Translations under genes and position numbers: made by a program | Part shown: piece after piece, positions 17,714 through 27,516 of the stretch | Layout: each line of letters begins with the position of its first letter | How positions within the stretch are numbered: position 1 is the first letter of the stretch | DNA from: Coleofasciculus sp. B1-GNL1-01 | GTDB taxonomy: Bacteria > Cyanobacteriota > Cyanobacteriia > Cyanobacteriales > Coleofasciculaceae | Direction: 5' to 3' (one strand) | DNA: 64,000 bases | Assembly: GCA_040220235.1 (NCBI GenBank) | Contig: JAVJTO010000048.1 | The notes under the pieces: generated by a model | Databases searched by the model: none | What the model saw: the letters and a program-made list of their open reading frames with translations, nothing else | What the model was told of the DNA's origin: nothing

Positions 17714-19000
17714 TCAAACCTCCACCACGGCTTGCTGATACACCTGTTGTGTTACTTTAACTAATCGTTGCATGGCGGTTTCTAATTCGCGATCGCTTGC
17801 GGTTAAACTAATCCGAATACACTGATGCTGGTGTTCCCAGGTATCCCGTAATCCGGGGAAGAAGGTGTTTCCAGGGACGGCGATTACTCCCACCTGCTTT
17901 AACTGTTGATACAAGTCCCAATCGGTTATCGGTAAATCTTTGAACCACAACCAGGCAAAAATAGCGCCTTCACCCCGATGTAAAAACCACGGTAAATCTT
18001 GGGGCATAAATTGATTCAGCGCTGTTTCTAATACGGTAAACTTGTGCTGATAATAGGGACGAATCACATTAACAGAAATCTCAGCCAATGCGCCAGAACT
18101 AATCGCCTGTGCAGCAATGGCTTGTCCGTAGCGGGAGGAATGGATGCACAGATTCGTCTGGAAGGATTGCAAAATATCAATCCTATCCGGATCACCAATA
18201 GCGACGCCAATTCGTTCTCCGGGGAGTCCGGCTTTGGATAAACTCAGACAATGGATAATATTATCACCAAAAATTGGTGTCATTTGGGTAAAGTTTAATG
18301 CCGGAAATGGCGGCGCATAAGCCGAGTCAATGAACACTGGGATATGATAAGGTGCGGCGAGTTGGGCAATTTTTCGCACCTCATTATCGGTGAGAACGTT
18401 CCCTGTGGGATTACAAGGACGAGAAAATATGACACATCCGGTATCTTGATTAATTTTCAATTGACTGAAGTCGGGACGATATTTATAACGATGCGCCGCT
18501 TCGTCAATCTCTAGGCTGGGTTTATAGGCGATTAGGGCTTCTGGGGTTAAGCTGACGCCACCGTACCCGGTATAATCGGGACTCAGGGGGAGAACGATTT
18601 GTTTTAACTCACCCGCTTGGGTATAGCCGCCAAAGGCATTTGCGCCGTAGAAGTAAATGGATTGAGAACCGGGAGTAATTAAGATATTCCGTTCAGTTAG
18701 ACTCAAGCCATAACGCTGATTGAAATCTTTTGCGATCGCGTCAATCAAGGGCTGGTATCCTTGAGATGACCCATAACGGCAAACCACTTCTCCGTAGTCG
18801 GGACTTGCCAAGAGTTGGGCGGTACAGTCTCGCCACAGTTGTTCCACCTCTGGCAAAATCACCGGATTTCCCGCACTAAGATTAATGAACTCCTGTCCCT
18901 GACCTAATCGTAACGTTTCAATAATATCCTTCATAATAGCCCGGACGCCCGTCAGGTTGGACATCTGAGTACCGAATTGAGTGAGAGACGGTTCTATCAT
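17714..19000 (-). CDS. avtA: Valine-pyruvate aminotransferase
   Basis: LSAGNP, SRPCNPTGNV, DSAY and SLSKAGLPGERIG motifs. Confidence 0.9.
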   Translation of the reverse strand: MIEPSLTQFGTQMSNLTGVRAIMKDIIETLRLGQGQEFINLSAGNPVILPEVEQLWRDCTAQLLASPDYGEVVCRYGSSQGYQPLIDAIAKDFNQRYGLSLTERNILITPGSQSIYFYGANAFGGYTQAGELKQIVLPLSPDYTGYGGVSLTPEALIAYKPSLEIDEAAHRYKYRPDFSQLKINQDTGCVIFSRPCNPTGNVLTDNEVRKIAQLAAPYHIPVFIDSAYAPPFPALNFTQMTPIFGDNIIHCLSLSKAGLPGERIGVAIGDPDRIDILQSFQTNLCIHSSRYGQAIAAQAISSGALAEISVNVIRPYYQHKFTVLETALNQFMPQDLPWFLHRGEGAIFAWLWFKDLPITDWDLYQQLKQVGVIAVPGNTFFPGLRDTWEHQHQCIRISLTASDRELETAMQRLVKVTQQVYQQAVVEV

Positions 19001-19184
19001 GCGCGATCGCTCTTGTTACAGCAGTTAACTTGCTTTACCCCAAATTGAGTCAAATTTACTGATTCACGGGGACTGTACTCATTTAACCGCAAATTTCCCC
19101 ACCCGACTCCCCCAATTCTCCGTCCTTTTCTCAACTGGGGAGCGTACTATAGGTAAGGTGAACGCATAGACTGGGAGAACAACC

Positions 19185-19781
19185 ACGGCTTACACACGTC
19201 CCCTCGCTCGACTGATCGAGCAACTACAACGCTTACCTGGAGTGGGTCCTAAGACCGCTCAACGATTGGCATTACATATTATTAAACGCTCAGAGGATGA
19301 AGTCAAAGCCCTGGCGCAGGCTTTAATTGAGGCGAAAAAGCAGGTTGGCTTGTGTCAGGTTTGCTTTCACCTGTCGGCTGAATCGGTTTGTGATATCTGT
19401 CGTAATCCGAATCGGGATAAAACAACGCTTTGTGTGGTAGCGGATTCCCGTGATGTGATTGCGTTGGAGAAAACACGGGAATATCGGGGAAATTATCATG
19501 TTCTCGGTGGTGTGATTTCTCCCATGGATGGAATTGGACCCGAACAATTACATGTTGAACAACTGGTGCGCCGCGTTAGCCAGCAGAAGATTCAAGAGGT
19601 AATTTTAGCGATTAGTCCGAGTGTGGAAGGGGAGACGACAACGCTGTATGTTGGTCAACTGTTGAAACCGTTTACAAAGGTGACTCGGATTGCTTTTGGT
19701 TTACCCATGGGTGGGGATTTGGAATATGCGGATGAGGTGACATTAGCACGGGCGTTGGAAGGGCGGCGAGAGTTGGATTAG
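19185..19781 (+). CDS. recR: Recombination protein RecR (probable ACG start)
   Basis: [27 protein letters not shown]4 zinc finger, YHVLGG and EGETT motifs. Frame is closed upstream by TAG at 19167. Confidence 0.92.
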   Translation, partial: TAYTRPLARLIEQLQRLPGVGPKTAQRLALHIIKRSEDEVKALAQALIEAKKQVGLCQVCFHLSAESVCDICRNPNRDKTTLCVVADSRDVIALEKTREYRGNYHVLGGVISPMDGIGPEQLHVEQLVRRVSQQKIQEVILAISPSVEGETTTLYVGQLLKPFTKVTRIAFGLPMGGDLEYADEVTLARALEGRRELD

Positions 19782-19784
19782 TTA

Positions 19785-19880
19785 TTTGTCATTTGTCATT
19801 TGTCATTTGTCATTTGTCATTTGTCATTTGTCATTTGTCATTTGTCATTTGTCATTTGTCATTTGTCATTTGTCATTTGT
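19785..19880. repeat. STRR-type heptamer tract (TTTGTCA)n
   Basis: About 13 tandem copies; shorter tracts near 23986, 58753 and 60072. Confidence 0.95.
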
Positions 19881-19998
19881 TGATTGTTCATGGTTGATTG
19901 GTAATCCTCTTCCCCAGCTCCCAGACGCGCCATGGCACGTCTCTACATCACTCCCCCAGCTTCCCCGCTGCCTTCCGCCTTTTGCCTGCCAAGATCCT

Positions 19999-20886
19999 TC
20001 ATCGAGTCACTTCGATATAAATATGCTCTAATCGTACAGGTTGGCGAGTGATTGAATCTAGGGAAATGCCTTCAAATCGCTCAATTATTTCTTTTAAATC
20101 TAACGCTTCGGGTAACCAAAAGGCTAAATCATTCCCGTAGCGCCGATGGGTGAAACCGAGTTCTGTCGCCCGCGCGATCGCACGTTCCTCTTCTTGTGTT
20201 TGGATAATCACAATTTCTTGGGCGGGAATCCGTTGGCGCAGGCGGTCTAAACTCCCTTCGACGAGGATTTTTCCGCCTTTGAGAATGCCAATCCGCTGAC
20301 ATAGGCGTTCGGCTTCATCGAGTAAGTGAGTGGTTAATAAAATTGTTAATCCTTGACGTTGAAGACGGCGAATCAAGTCCCAAACTTCATATCGGGCTTC
20401 AATATCTAAACCCGTTGTGGGTTCGTCTAAAATGACCAGTTTCGGCTGATGAACCAGGGCGACGGCTATATTTAAGCGTCGCTGCATTCCGCCACTTAAG
20501 GTTTCAACGGGACTTTGGGCGCGATCGCATAGATTAACGGCGTCTAAACAGGTGTGGACTTGTTGTTGTCGTTGTCGCTTGGTTAAGCCATAGATGCGGG
20601 CAAAAAAATGCAGGTTTTCGGCACAGGTTAAGGTTTTATAGAGTAAGTTTTCCTGGGGGGCAATTCCGATTAGGGTTTTGGTGGCGTCGGAGACGGGTTG
20701 GTGATTAATGGTGATTTTGCCACTGTCGGCTTTAAGTAGGTTACAGATAGTATTAATTGTGGTTGTTTTTCCGGCGCCATTGGGTCCGAGTAATCCGTAA
20801 ATTTCTCCGGGGTGGATGTGCAGGGTGAGATTTTGTAGAACGTGGCGATTGCCGTAGGATTTACAGAGGTTTTCGATATGCAGCAC
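19999..20886 (-). CDS. ABC-2 type exporter ATP-binding protein
   Basis: GPNGAGKTT, LSGGMQRR and DEPT motifs; GTG at 20886 taken as the likely start. Confidence 0.85.
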   Translation of the reverse strand: MLHIENLCKSYGNRHVLQNLTLHIHPGEIYGLLGPNGAGKTTTINTICNLLKADSGKITINHQPVSDATKTLIGIAPQENLLYKTLTCAENLHFFARIYGLTKRQRQQQVHTCLDAVNLCDRAQSPVETLSGGMQRRLNIAVALVHQPKLVILDEPTTGLDIEARYEVWDLIRRLQRQGLTILLTTHLLDEAERLCQRIGILKGGKILVEGSLDRLRQRIPAQEIVIIQTQEEERAIARATELGFTHRRYGNDLAFWLPEALDLKEIIERFEGISLDSITRQPVRLEHIYIEVTR

Positions 20887-21109
20887 AATGAGTAATACAT
20901 AAAATAGGACAATTTTATGAGTTTCTGACACGGACTAATTGAAATTTCAAAAATCTCAAATGGGAGGTTGCCAAAATTGTCAAAGGCTAAAGCCCTTACT
21001 ACAAACCTACTCCCCTCTCCCCTGGTGGGAGAGGGGCTGGGGATGAGGGGGTTTCGCCTTAAGTTGACACCAGTGACGTCGGTGCGCCCCTACGAAGATT
21101 TATCTGATA

Positions 21110-21883
21110 TCATAACCTTCGCTCAACTCTCAGCATCCGCTGATAAGATAACCATCCGGCTACTACCATAATTAAGGCAAATACGCCCAAAAACCAAAAA
21201 TGTTCCCGGATATCCGCCAATCCCGCGCCATTTGCCCACACACCTAGCAGCGCTTCGTTGATATGGTAAATCGGGTTAAATTGGGCGATGTCTAGCAAGG
21301 TGTCGGGAAATAGGGAGGTGGGTAAAAATGCGCCGCCTAAAATTAACAGAGGTACGCCAAATGCTGCAACCAAGGCGTTTACATCCTCCGTGCGACGGGC
21401 AAACTGGGTACCGAGGATGAATCCCACTCCCACATACGCCATGATACTCTGTAGAATGATCAAGATGCCTAAAACTAGAGACCCCTGAAACTTAGCACCC
21501 CAACATGCTGCGATCGCATAAACCAAAACGGCTTGACCCCCAGCAATGGCGCTATGGGCGCAAAAGATACCTAGAAAATAGGATATGCCACTTAAGGGTG
21601 AGATGAACAGACGTTTAAGGGTTTGCTGTTCTCGTTCCCCTACCACTGTGGCTACCGTACCCCCCAGACAGCTAAAAAATAAAGCAGCACCTGCCAATGT
21701 CGAAGGGGCGGCATTTTCAAAGGCTTGCGCCATCGACAATTGGGCGCGTTCTGCCAATATATAACCGTTGAGTAATAATACCGAAATGGGGAAAATTCCC
21801 CAAAACACCAGACTGCGGCGTCTTCGCCCCAGTTCGATTAAAATGCGCTGGGCTACAGCTAATGTTTCATGCCAATAGTTCAT
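21110..21883 (-). CDS. ABC-2 type exporter permease
   Basis: EREQQTLKRLFISP and FNPIYH motifs; about six transmembrane segments. Confidence 0.85.
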   Translation of the reverse strand: MNYWHETLAVAQRILIELGRRRRSLVFWGIFPISVLLLNGYILAERAQLSMAQAFENAAPSTLAGAALFFSCLGGTVATVVGEREQQTLKRLFISPLSGISYFLGIFCAHSAIAGGQAVLVYAIAACWGAKFQGSLVLGILIILQSIMAYVGVGFILGTQFARRTEDVNALVAAFGVPLLILGGAFLPTSLFPDTLLDIAQFNPIYHINEALLGVWANGAGLADIREHFWFLGVFALIMVVAGWLSYQRMLRVERRL

Positions 21884-22025
21884 TTAATTTTTCTGTCGGG
21901 GCGGGTTTCATTATTATCCTCTCTAAATGCGAGAACTAACCTGTCAGTGTCATCAGTGTGTGACTAACCTCTCACCTCCCTACCCCCATCTCTCCAATAA
22001 ATCCGTGAAATCAGTGTTTTAAACA

Positions 22026-23981
22026 ATGACCAATGACAAATTAAACCGATTCTACCTTTCCCGACGCACCGCCCTGAAACTGATTGGTGTGGCTGGGGTG
22101 GGTAGTGTGATCGGATATTCTCGCTGGGCGAAACCGCAACCGACGGTTATTCAGCCGGATACCCTGGATTTACCCCGAACCCTGACTCAGCCGAAATCGG
22201 TGGTGGTTGTAGGTGCGGGATTGGCGGGGCTTAGTTGTGCCTATGAGTTGAGTCAACGCGGCTTTGATGTCACTTTATTAGAACGATCGCCTCAATTGGG
22301 CGGTAAGATTGCCAGTTGGCAAATTCAGGTGGGCGATCACGCCCTGCGGATGGAACATGGGTTCCATGGCTTTTTCCCGCATTATTATAATTTGAATCGG
22401 TTGGTGGCTGAGTTAGACATCCAGGATCACTTCCGTTCCCTGGAATTTTACTCGGTGGTTTTTCGGGATAATCGGTATCAGCCGGAAGTCTTTCGCCCTA
22501 GTCGTTCTGCTTTTCCCTGGAATGTAGTCGATTTAGCGATCGCGTCTTCCAATCGCTGGCGTTGGGGGATTAATTTGACCAAGCTGAAACATTGGCAGGT
22601 GTTTCGGGAAATTGGCGGTTTCCAAATCCCCGATAGTTTTCAGCGGTTGGATCATTTATCGGTTGCGGATTGGGTAAAGGGTGAGTTTCCCCAAGGGCTT
22701 TATGATCTGTATTTTTTACCCTTTGCTAAATCCAGTCTGAATGCGCCGGATGTGCTGAGTGTGGGCGAATTAATGCAGTTTTTCCACTTTTATTTTTTTG
22801 GTAATCCGGAGGGATTGGCGTTTAATGGGACGCGCCAGGATATGGGTAGGAGTTTGGTGGAACCGATTGCCCAGGCGATTCAAAATCGGCAGGGAACGAT
22901 TGTTACAGATGCCACGGTGAGTAGCATTAATTGGCAAAATGGGCAGATTCATGCGATTGGGTATCAGTCGGGAAATACTCAACCTTCGGTGCCGTTTTGG
23001 GTGAAGCGGAATCGCAGGATGGAAACTGATGAATCTGATCAGACTGTGGACTATTACGGGGCGGGGGATGCGATGTTTGCCCTGTTTCCAGAGGAGAATC
23101 AAGCGATTTCTCTAACTTGTACCCATCAAGGCTGTACGGTACAACGCCAAGGGGATGGTCAGTTTATTTGTCCCTGCCATGGGGCGGTTTATAATTCCCA
23201 AGGGCAGGTGATTGCGGGTCCGGCGAAACGGGATTTACCTCGGTTTAACCTGATGCAACGCCAAGAGGATGAGGTGCAACTGGTGGGACTTTCGACTCCA
23301 GAGTCATCCCAGGTAGCTACGGAAACGATTCAGGCGGATTATTATGTCTTTGCTACGGATGTTCCCGGTGTTCAACATTTGTTTAAATTGGCAGAAGGGG
23401 AGGTGAATTCCCAAGTATTAACTCAGGTGGAACAATTAGCCGTGGCTGATCCCTTTGCGGTTGCCCGATTTTGGTTTGATCGGGATTTTGCTTGGGATCA
23501 TAGTAATTTTACTTCTCTGTCTGGTTATCGTCTCACGGATAGTATTACGCTGTATCATCGTATCCAAGATGATTATATTCAGTGGCATAAAAAGACGGGG
23601 GGAAGTGTGGTAGAGTTACATGCTTACTGTTATAAAGAAGACGAGTTTCCCAATCAGCAGGTTCTATTAACCACGTTTGCACAGGAACTCTATGAAATAG
23701 TGCCAGAATTACAAACGGCGACGATGTTACATCGGGAGTTAGTGAATCAGAAAAACTTCTCCGGTTATCCGCCGGGGAGTTATCAGGAACGCCCAGAAAC
23801 CGATTCGGGGGTAGCCAATCTATTTTTTGCTGGAGACTGGGTAAAAATGCCCTTTCCCTGTGGCTTAATGGAACGGGCGGTAAGTAGTGGATTCCTGGCG
23901 GCGAATGGGATTATACACCGGGAAGGATTGCAACGGCGATCGTTGTTATCGGTGAATCCAGAAGGCATTTTTTCAATATGA
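22026..23981 (+). CDS. cruE: CrtU/CruE-type carotenoid desaturase/methyltransferase with inserted Rieske domain
   Basis: GAGLAG FAD motif, EHGFHGFF, Rieske CTHQGC...CPCHG, and AGDW..LMERA. Confidence 0.7.
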   Translation: MTNDKLNRFYLSRRTALKLIGVAGVGSVIGYSRWAKPQPTVIQPDTLDLPRTLTQPKSVVVVGAGLAGLSCAYELSQRGFDVTLLERSPQLGGKIASWQIQVGDHALRMEHGFHGFFPHYYNLNRLVAELDIQDHFRSLEFYSVVFRDNRYQPEVFRPSRSAFPWNVVDLAIASSNRWRWGINLTKLKHWQVFREIGGFQIPDSFQRLDHLSVADWVKGEFPQGLYDLYFLPFAKSSLNAPDVLSVGELMQFFHFYFFGNPEGLAFNGTRQDMGRSLVEPIAQAIQNRQGTIVTDATVSSINWQNGQIHAIGYQSGNTQPSVPFWVKRNRRMETDESDQTVDYYGAGDAMFALFPEENQAISLTCTHQGCTVQRQGDGQFICPCHGAVYNSQGQVIAGPAKRDLPRFNLMQRQEDEVQLVGLSTPESSQVATETIQADYYVFATDVPGVQHLFKLAEGEVNSQVLTQVEQLAVADPFAVARFWFDRDFAWDHSNFTSLSGYRLTDSITLYHRIQDDYIQWHKKTGGSVVELHAYCYKEDEFPNQQVLLTTFAQELYEIVPELQTATMLHRELVNQKNFSGYPPGSYQERPETDSGVANLFFAGDWVKMPFPCGLMERAVSSGFLAANGIIHREGLQRRSLLSVNPEGIFSI

Positions 23982-24208
23982 TTCGTCATTTGTCATTTGT
24001 CATTTGTCATTCGTCATTCCTCAGAAACCCTTGATACACCGTAGGGTGGGTTGAGCGAAGTCGAAACCCACCAGCCTTAAACAGGAATCTCACCAACAGT
24101 ACAGATAATTGTAGGGGCGGGTTTAGGGATTCAATCGTGACTATTACCGATAACGTATCAACAAAACCCGCCCTGACTTCCCCTATCCCCAATGAAGAGG
24201 AACACGCT

Positions 24209-24727
24209 ATGATTAAAGGTGCGATCGCGAAATTAGGACTGATTAGTTTATTAGCAGGATTTTCGCCAACAATACAGGCGCAGGAATCGCCTTCCTACAT
24301 TCCCCAAACAGCCGCAGCTTTGGCGCTGCAAGGGGAGGTGCAAGAATATTTAAATGCGGTGAATTTGGCGCAATTCAATTATTTTCTGGAGTATTCTCAG
24401 TTTGCCACAAGTTTAACTGAGTTAAATTTGGCGGGGTTCCAGGAAACGGAGAATTATCGCTATTTGATGTTACCTGCAAAGAATCCGCTTCAGGGTATGA
24501 TTATGATTGCCCAAGCCAAAGATCCGAGATTAAAAAGTTATGCGGGGGCAGCGTTTGTGGTATCGTCGGGTGAGATTCTTAAGGGGATCGGGGGGATTTG
24601 TGAGACGAATTTGCCTTCAACCTCTCCGCCTGTGATTCCGACTGCGCCGACGTTTGCTTCTACGGGGATATTATGTCCCTTTGGTTCTCATGCGTTAACG
24701 GATTTTGATCGGGACAGAATATTATAG
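24209..24727 (+). CDS. Secreted type IV pilin-like G/H domain protein
   Basis: Signal peptide; AQFNYFLE..F, ETENY, LKSYAG, ICET and a C-terminal CP. Confidence 0.7.
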   Translation: MIKGAIAKLGLISLLAGFSPTIQAQESPSYIPQTAAALALQGEVQEYLNAVNLAQFNYFLEYSQFATSLTELNLAGFQETENYRYLMLPAKNPLQGMIMIAQAKDPRLKSYAGAAFVVSSGEILKGIGGICETNLPSTSPPVIPTAPTFASTGILCPFGSHALTDFDRDRIL

Positions 24728-24779
24728 GGTGTGACACCGTAGGGGCGCACCGACGTGCGCCCGATTCAATGGTAAAAGA

Positions 24780-24955
24780 TTTTGCTGTTCCGTTATTGGT
24801 GAGATAGGGCGGGTTTTGCTGTTCCGTTATTGGTGAGATAGCTGAGTTGAATTCCTAAACCCGCCCCTACAATGGATAAACCCGCCCCTACAATGGTTAA
24901 ATCTGTCCCTACAATTCCTAAATCTGTCCCTACAATTCCTAAACTTGCCCCTACA
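24780..24955. repeat. REP-like element with tandem ~21-bp units
   Basis: Two TTTGCTGTTCCGTTATTGGTGAGATAG units and five TAAAYYYGYCCCTACAAT-type units. Confidence 0.85.
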
Positions 24956-24990
24956 ATTAAATTATAACTACAATTGAATTATGACTTAGT

Positions 24991-26019
24991 ATGACCAAAT
25001 TAGACGTTCGCCAACTCGGAATTAATCTCAATCATTGGTATGTTGTCGCCCGTAGCGATGAGGTTAAATCTAAACCTATCGGCGTAACCCTTTGGCATCA
25101 AAATATTGTTATTTTTCGCGATAGTACGGGTGAAATTCATGCCTTAGAAAACCGTTGTCCCCATCGCCAGGTGCAATTGAGTCATGGTCAAGTTAAGGGG
25201 GATTTGTTGGAATGCGCCTATCATGGATGGCAGTTTAAGTCAACGGGAACTTGTGTTTTTGTTCCCTATTTAGCCGAAAATCAAAAATTGCCGAGTTGTG
25301 CAATTCGTGCTTATCCGGTGCGGGAAAAGGATGGGTTTATTTGGCTGTTTCCAGGGGAGGGTGATAGGAACATTCGACAACCGATGGGACTCCCGGAGTG
25401 GGAGCATTTGAATTATATTGCTACGGTTTCTCGAATTGACTGTAATGCCCATTATTCATTTTTAATTGAGAATTTGATGGATATGTATCATGGGCATTTA
25501 CATCAGGATTGGCAAGCGTGGGCTGATCCGGTTTTGGTGGATATTGATGAGGATGAACATCGGGTGGATGCTCATTATCAGGCGCAGAGTTATTATAAAA
25601 TTGATAAAATTTGGTCGATTTCTCAGTTGTTTTTTCCGGCGCTGCGGCGTTTGCATCCGGAACCGTTGGATGTGAGTTATGTTTATCCCCATTGGGTGTC
25701 GAGTTTGGGGGAAGATTTTAGGATTTATTGTTTATTGTGTCCGGTGAATTTACGGCAGACTCGTGCTTATTTGGTTCATTTTACGTCGCTGAATGCGTTT
25801 TGGCGGTTGCATAAGTTACCGATTTGGTTTCGGCGGTGGATTAAGGAGAGTTTATTTGGTTCGGCGCAGGGGTTGTTGGATGGGTTGGTGCGTCAGGATG
25901 TGCAGATGATTGAGGAGGAACAGTTGGCGTATTTGGCGCATCCGGAAGGGAGGGGGTATGAGTTGAATCGGGCGTTGGTGACTGTGCAAGGGTTGATGGG
26001 AAAGCAGGGCGATTTGTAG
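24991..26019 (+). CDS. Rieske non-heme iron oxygenase alpha subunit (CruH-like)
   Basis: CPHR...CAYHGW, ENLMDMYHGHLH and QD motifs; close to cruE. Confidence 0.8.
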   Translation: MTKLDVRQLGINLNHWYVVARSDEVKSKPIGVTLWHQNIVIFRDSTGEIHALENRCPHRQVQLSHGQVKGDLLECAYHGWQFKSTGTCVFVPYLAENQKLPSCAIRAYPVREKDGFIWLFPGEGDRNIRQPMGLPEWEHLNYIATVSRIDCNAHYSFLIENLMDMYHGHLHQDWQAWADPVLVDIDEDEHRVDAHYQAQSYYKIDKIWSISQLFFPALRRLHPEPLDVSYVYPHWVSSLGEDFRIYCLLCPVNLRQTRAYLVHFTSLNAFWRLHKLPIWFRRWIKESLFGSAQGLLDGLVRQDVQMIEEEQLAYLAHPEGRGYELNRALVTVQGLMGKQGDL

Positions 26020-26328
26020 GGGCGGGTTTAGGGTTTTAATTGGGAATTTTGCTGATAATGTTTGTGGCAAAACCCGCCCTTGGTTAAGGAACAGTTGGTG
26101 ACTGTGCAAGGGTTGATGCGAAAGCAGGGTGAATTGTAGGGGCGGGTTTAGGGATTTAATTGGGAATCTCACCGATAATGTTTGTGGCAAAACCCGCCCT
26201 TTGTTAAGGAACAGTTGGTGACTGTGCAAGGGTTGATGCGAAAGCAGGGTAATTTGTAGGGGCGGGTTTAGGGATTTAATTGTGAATCTTGCTGATAATC
26301 TTTGTGGCAAAACCCGCCCTTTTTTAAG
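25974..26328. repeat. Three tandem 120-bp units (gene 3' end plus REP)
   Basis: GTTGGTGACTGTGCAAGGGTTGATG recurs at 25974, 26094 and 26214. Confidence 0.95.
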
Positions 26329-26406
26329 GTTGAATGTATATTTTACGTTGGTGGTGTCAGCGTTGCGTTGATGGGCTGAAGCCCACACTACAAACTACGA
26401 ACGACA

Positions 26407-27501
26407 TTATCCTGGCGGTTTAGTAATAATTATCGCGTCTGATATGACTGTGTAGTTTTTTCCTTCCCAGATGAAGTTTAGGGTTTGTCCGGGAGATGAA
26501 GAGATTTTATCTAAGTAAGCTGTTATTCTAGCGTCGAGAAGCGGTTTGGCGCGTTTCAATTTCCAGGATTGAAAGAAATTTGAGGGGTCAATCAGAACTA
26601 AGAACAAGCGATTCGAGGCGTCAAATCGACGGATACCTTGATTTTCGTATAGCCATTTGATTAGATTAACTGGATTTGTCTGTGCTTCTTGAATCAGTTG
26701 TTCCCGAAAATTAGTGAGTTCAGAGAGTAAGGTTTGGGCGTCTTCTGACGGATAATCACTGGCTTTTTTCCATAAGTCTGAGAGTAATTGACTGTCAGGA
26801 ATATTCCTGCTGAATGTGACTTGATGCTGACGCGCCCATTGTTTCAATAGTGTAAGTTCTGGACGCTTTTGTTCTGAACGACGGCACTGTTTGATGTATC
26901 CTTCAGGAAAATAAGTGACTTTCAGGTCAAAGGGAACATTATTTATAAAAAAGTCTATTTTTTTGATTAATCCTACCGCAGGTAATACTTTATCATGATC
27001 ACGAAAAATATCTTCGATTATGATTGATGTCCAATGGTTATACCATGAACATAAAACGTAACCTCGCATACTATAGTGAAGCTCATTCTCGATACTGTTT
27101 GAGAGGTGATCATAGTTATGGATTTTTTTAACGTAGTTGTCTATAATTGTTCGTTCCAGGCTATTTTGATGCAGTCCACCCCAGTCGAAACTCTCTAGAC
27201 GATAGAGTTGATTAACGAGTTCTGGCTCTTGTTGACGGCGTGTTTCTCGCTCTGAGGCGTAAATTTGTTGAATGGTAGAATTAATAATGGTGTCATTAAT
27301 AGAGGTGGTATTAAATGCTTCTTTCAATAACTCTCGTGCTGAGGTTGTTTGGGGGGTTAAATCTGCGGATGCGAATAATTGGTATAAGTGTTCACGGCGC
27401 GATAAGGAACGTAGTTTAAGAAAACGGAGTCCGTCATTGGTTTGGGATAATTCTCTGATGCGATTGTCTCGAAACCAGGCTTGTGCTGTCTCAAAGTCCA
27501 T
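26407..27501 (-). CDS. Putative type II restriction endonuclease
   Basis: IEDIF...IDFFINNVPFDLKVT PD-(D/E)XK-like motif; immediately downstream of the methyltransferase. Confidence 0.65.
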   Translation of the reverse strand: MDFETAQAWFRDNRIRELSQTNDGLRFLKLRSLSRREHLYQLFASADLTPQTTSARELLKEAFNTTSINDTIINSTIQQIYASERETRRQQEPELVNQLYRLESFDWGGLHQNSLERTIIDNYVKKIHNYDHLSNSIENELHYSMRGYVLCSWYNHWTSIIIEDIFRDHDKVLPAVGLIKKIDFFINNVPFDLKVTYFPEGYIKQCRRSEQKRPELTLLKQWARQHQVTFSRNIPDSQLLSDLWKKASDYPSEDAQTLLSELTNFREQLIQEAQTNPVNLIKWLYENQGIRRFDASNRLFLVLIDPSNFFQSWKLKRAKPLLDARITAYLDKISSSPGQTLNFIWEGKNYTVISDAIIITKPPG

Positions 27502-27516
27502 CGGGTTAATTCTTGA

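Noticed and set aside
19786..20031. ORF reading SFVICHL repeats (similar ORFs at 39828-40103 and 36088-36423)
   Set aside because: These are translations of STRR heptamer tracts.
25852..26388. 178-aa minus-strand repeat ORF
   Set aside because: Antisense read-through of the 120-bp triplication; it overlaps the oxygenase gene.
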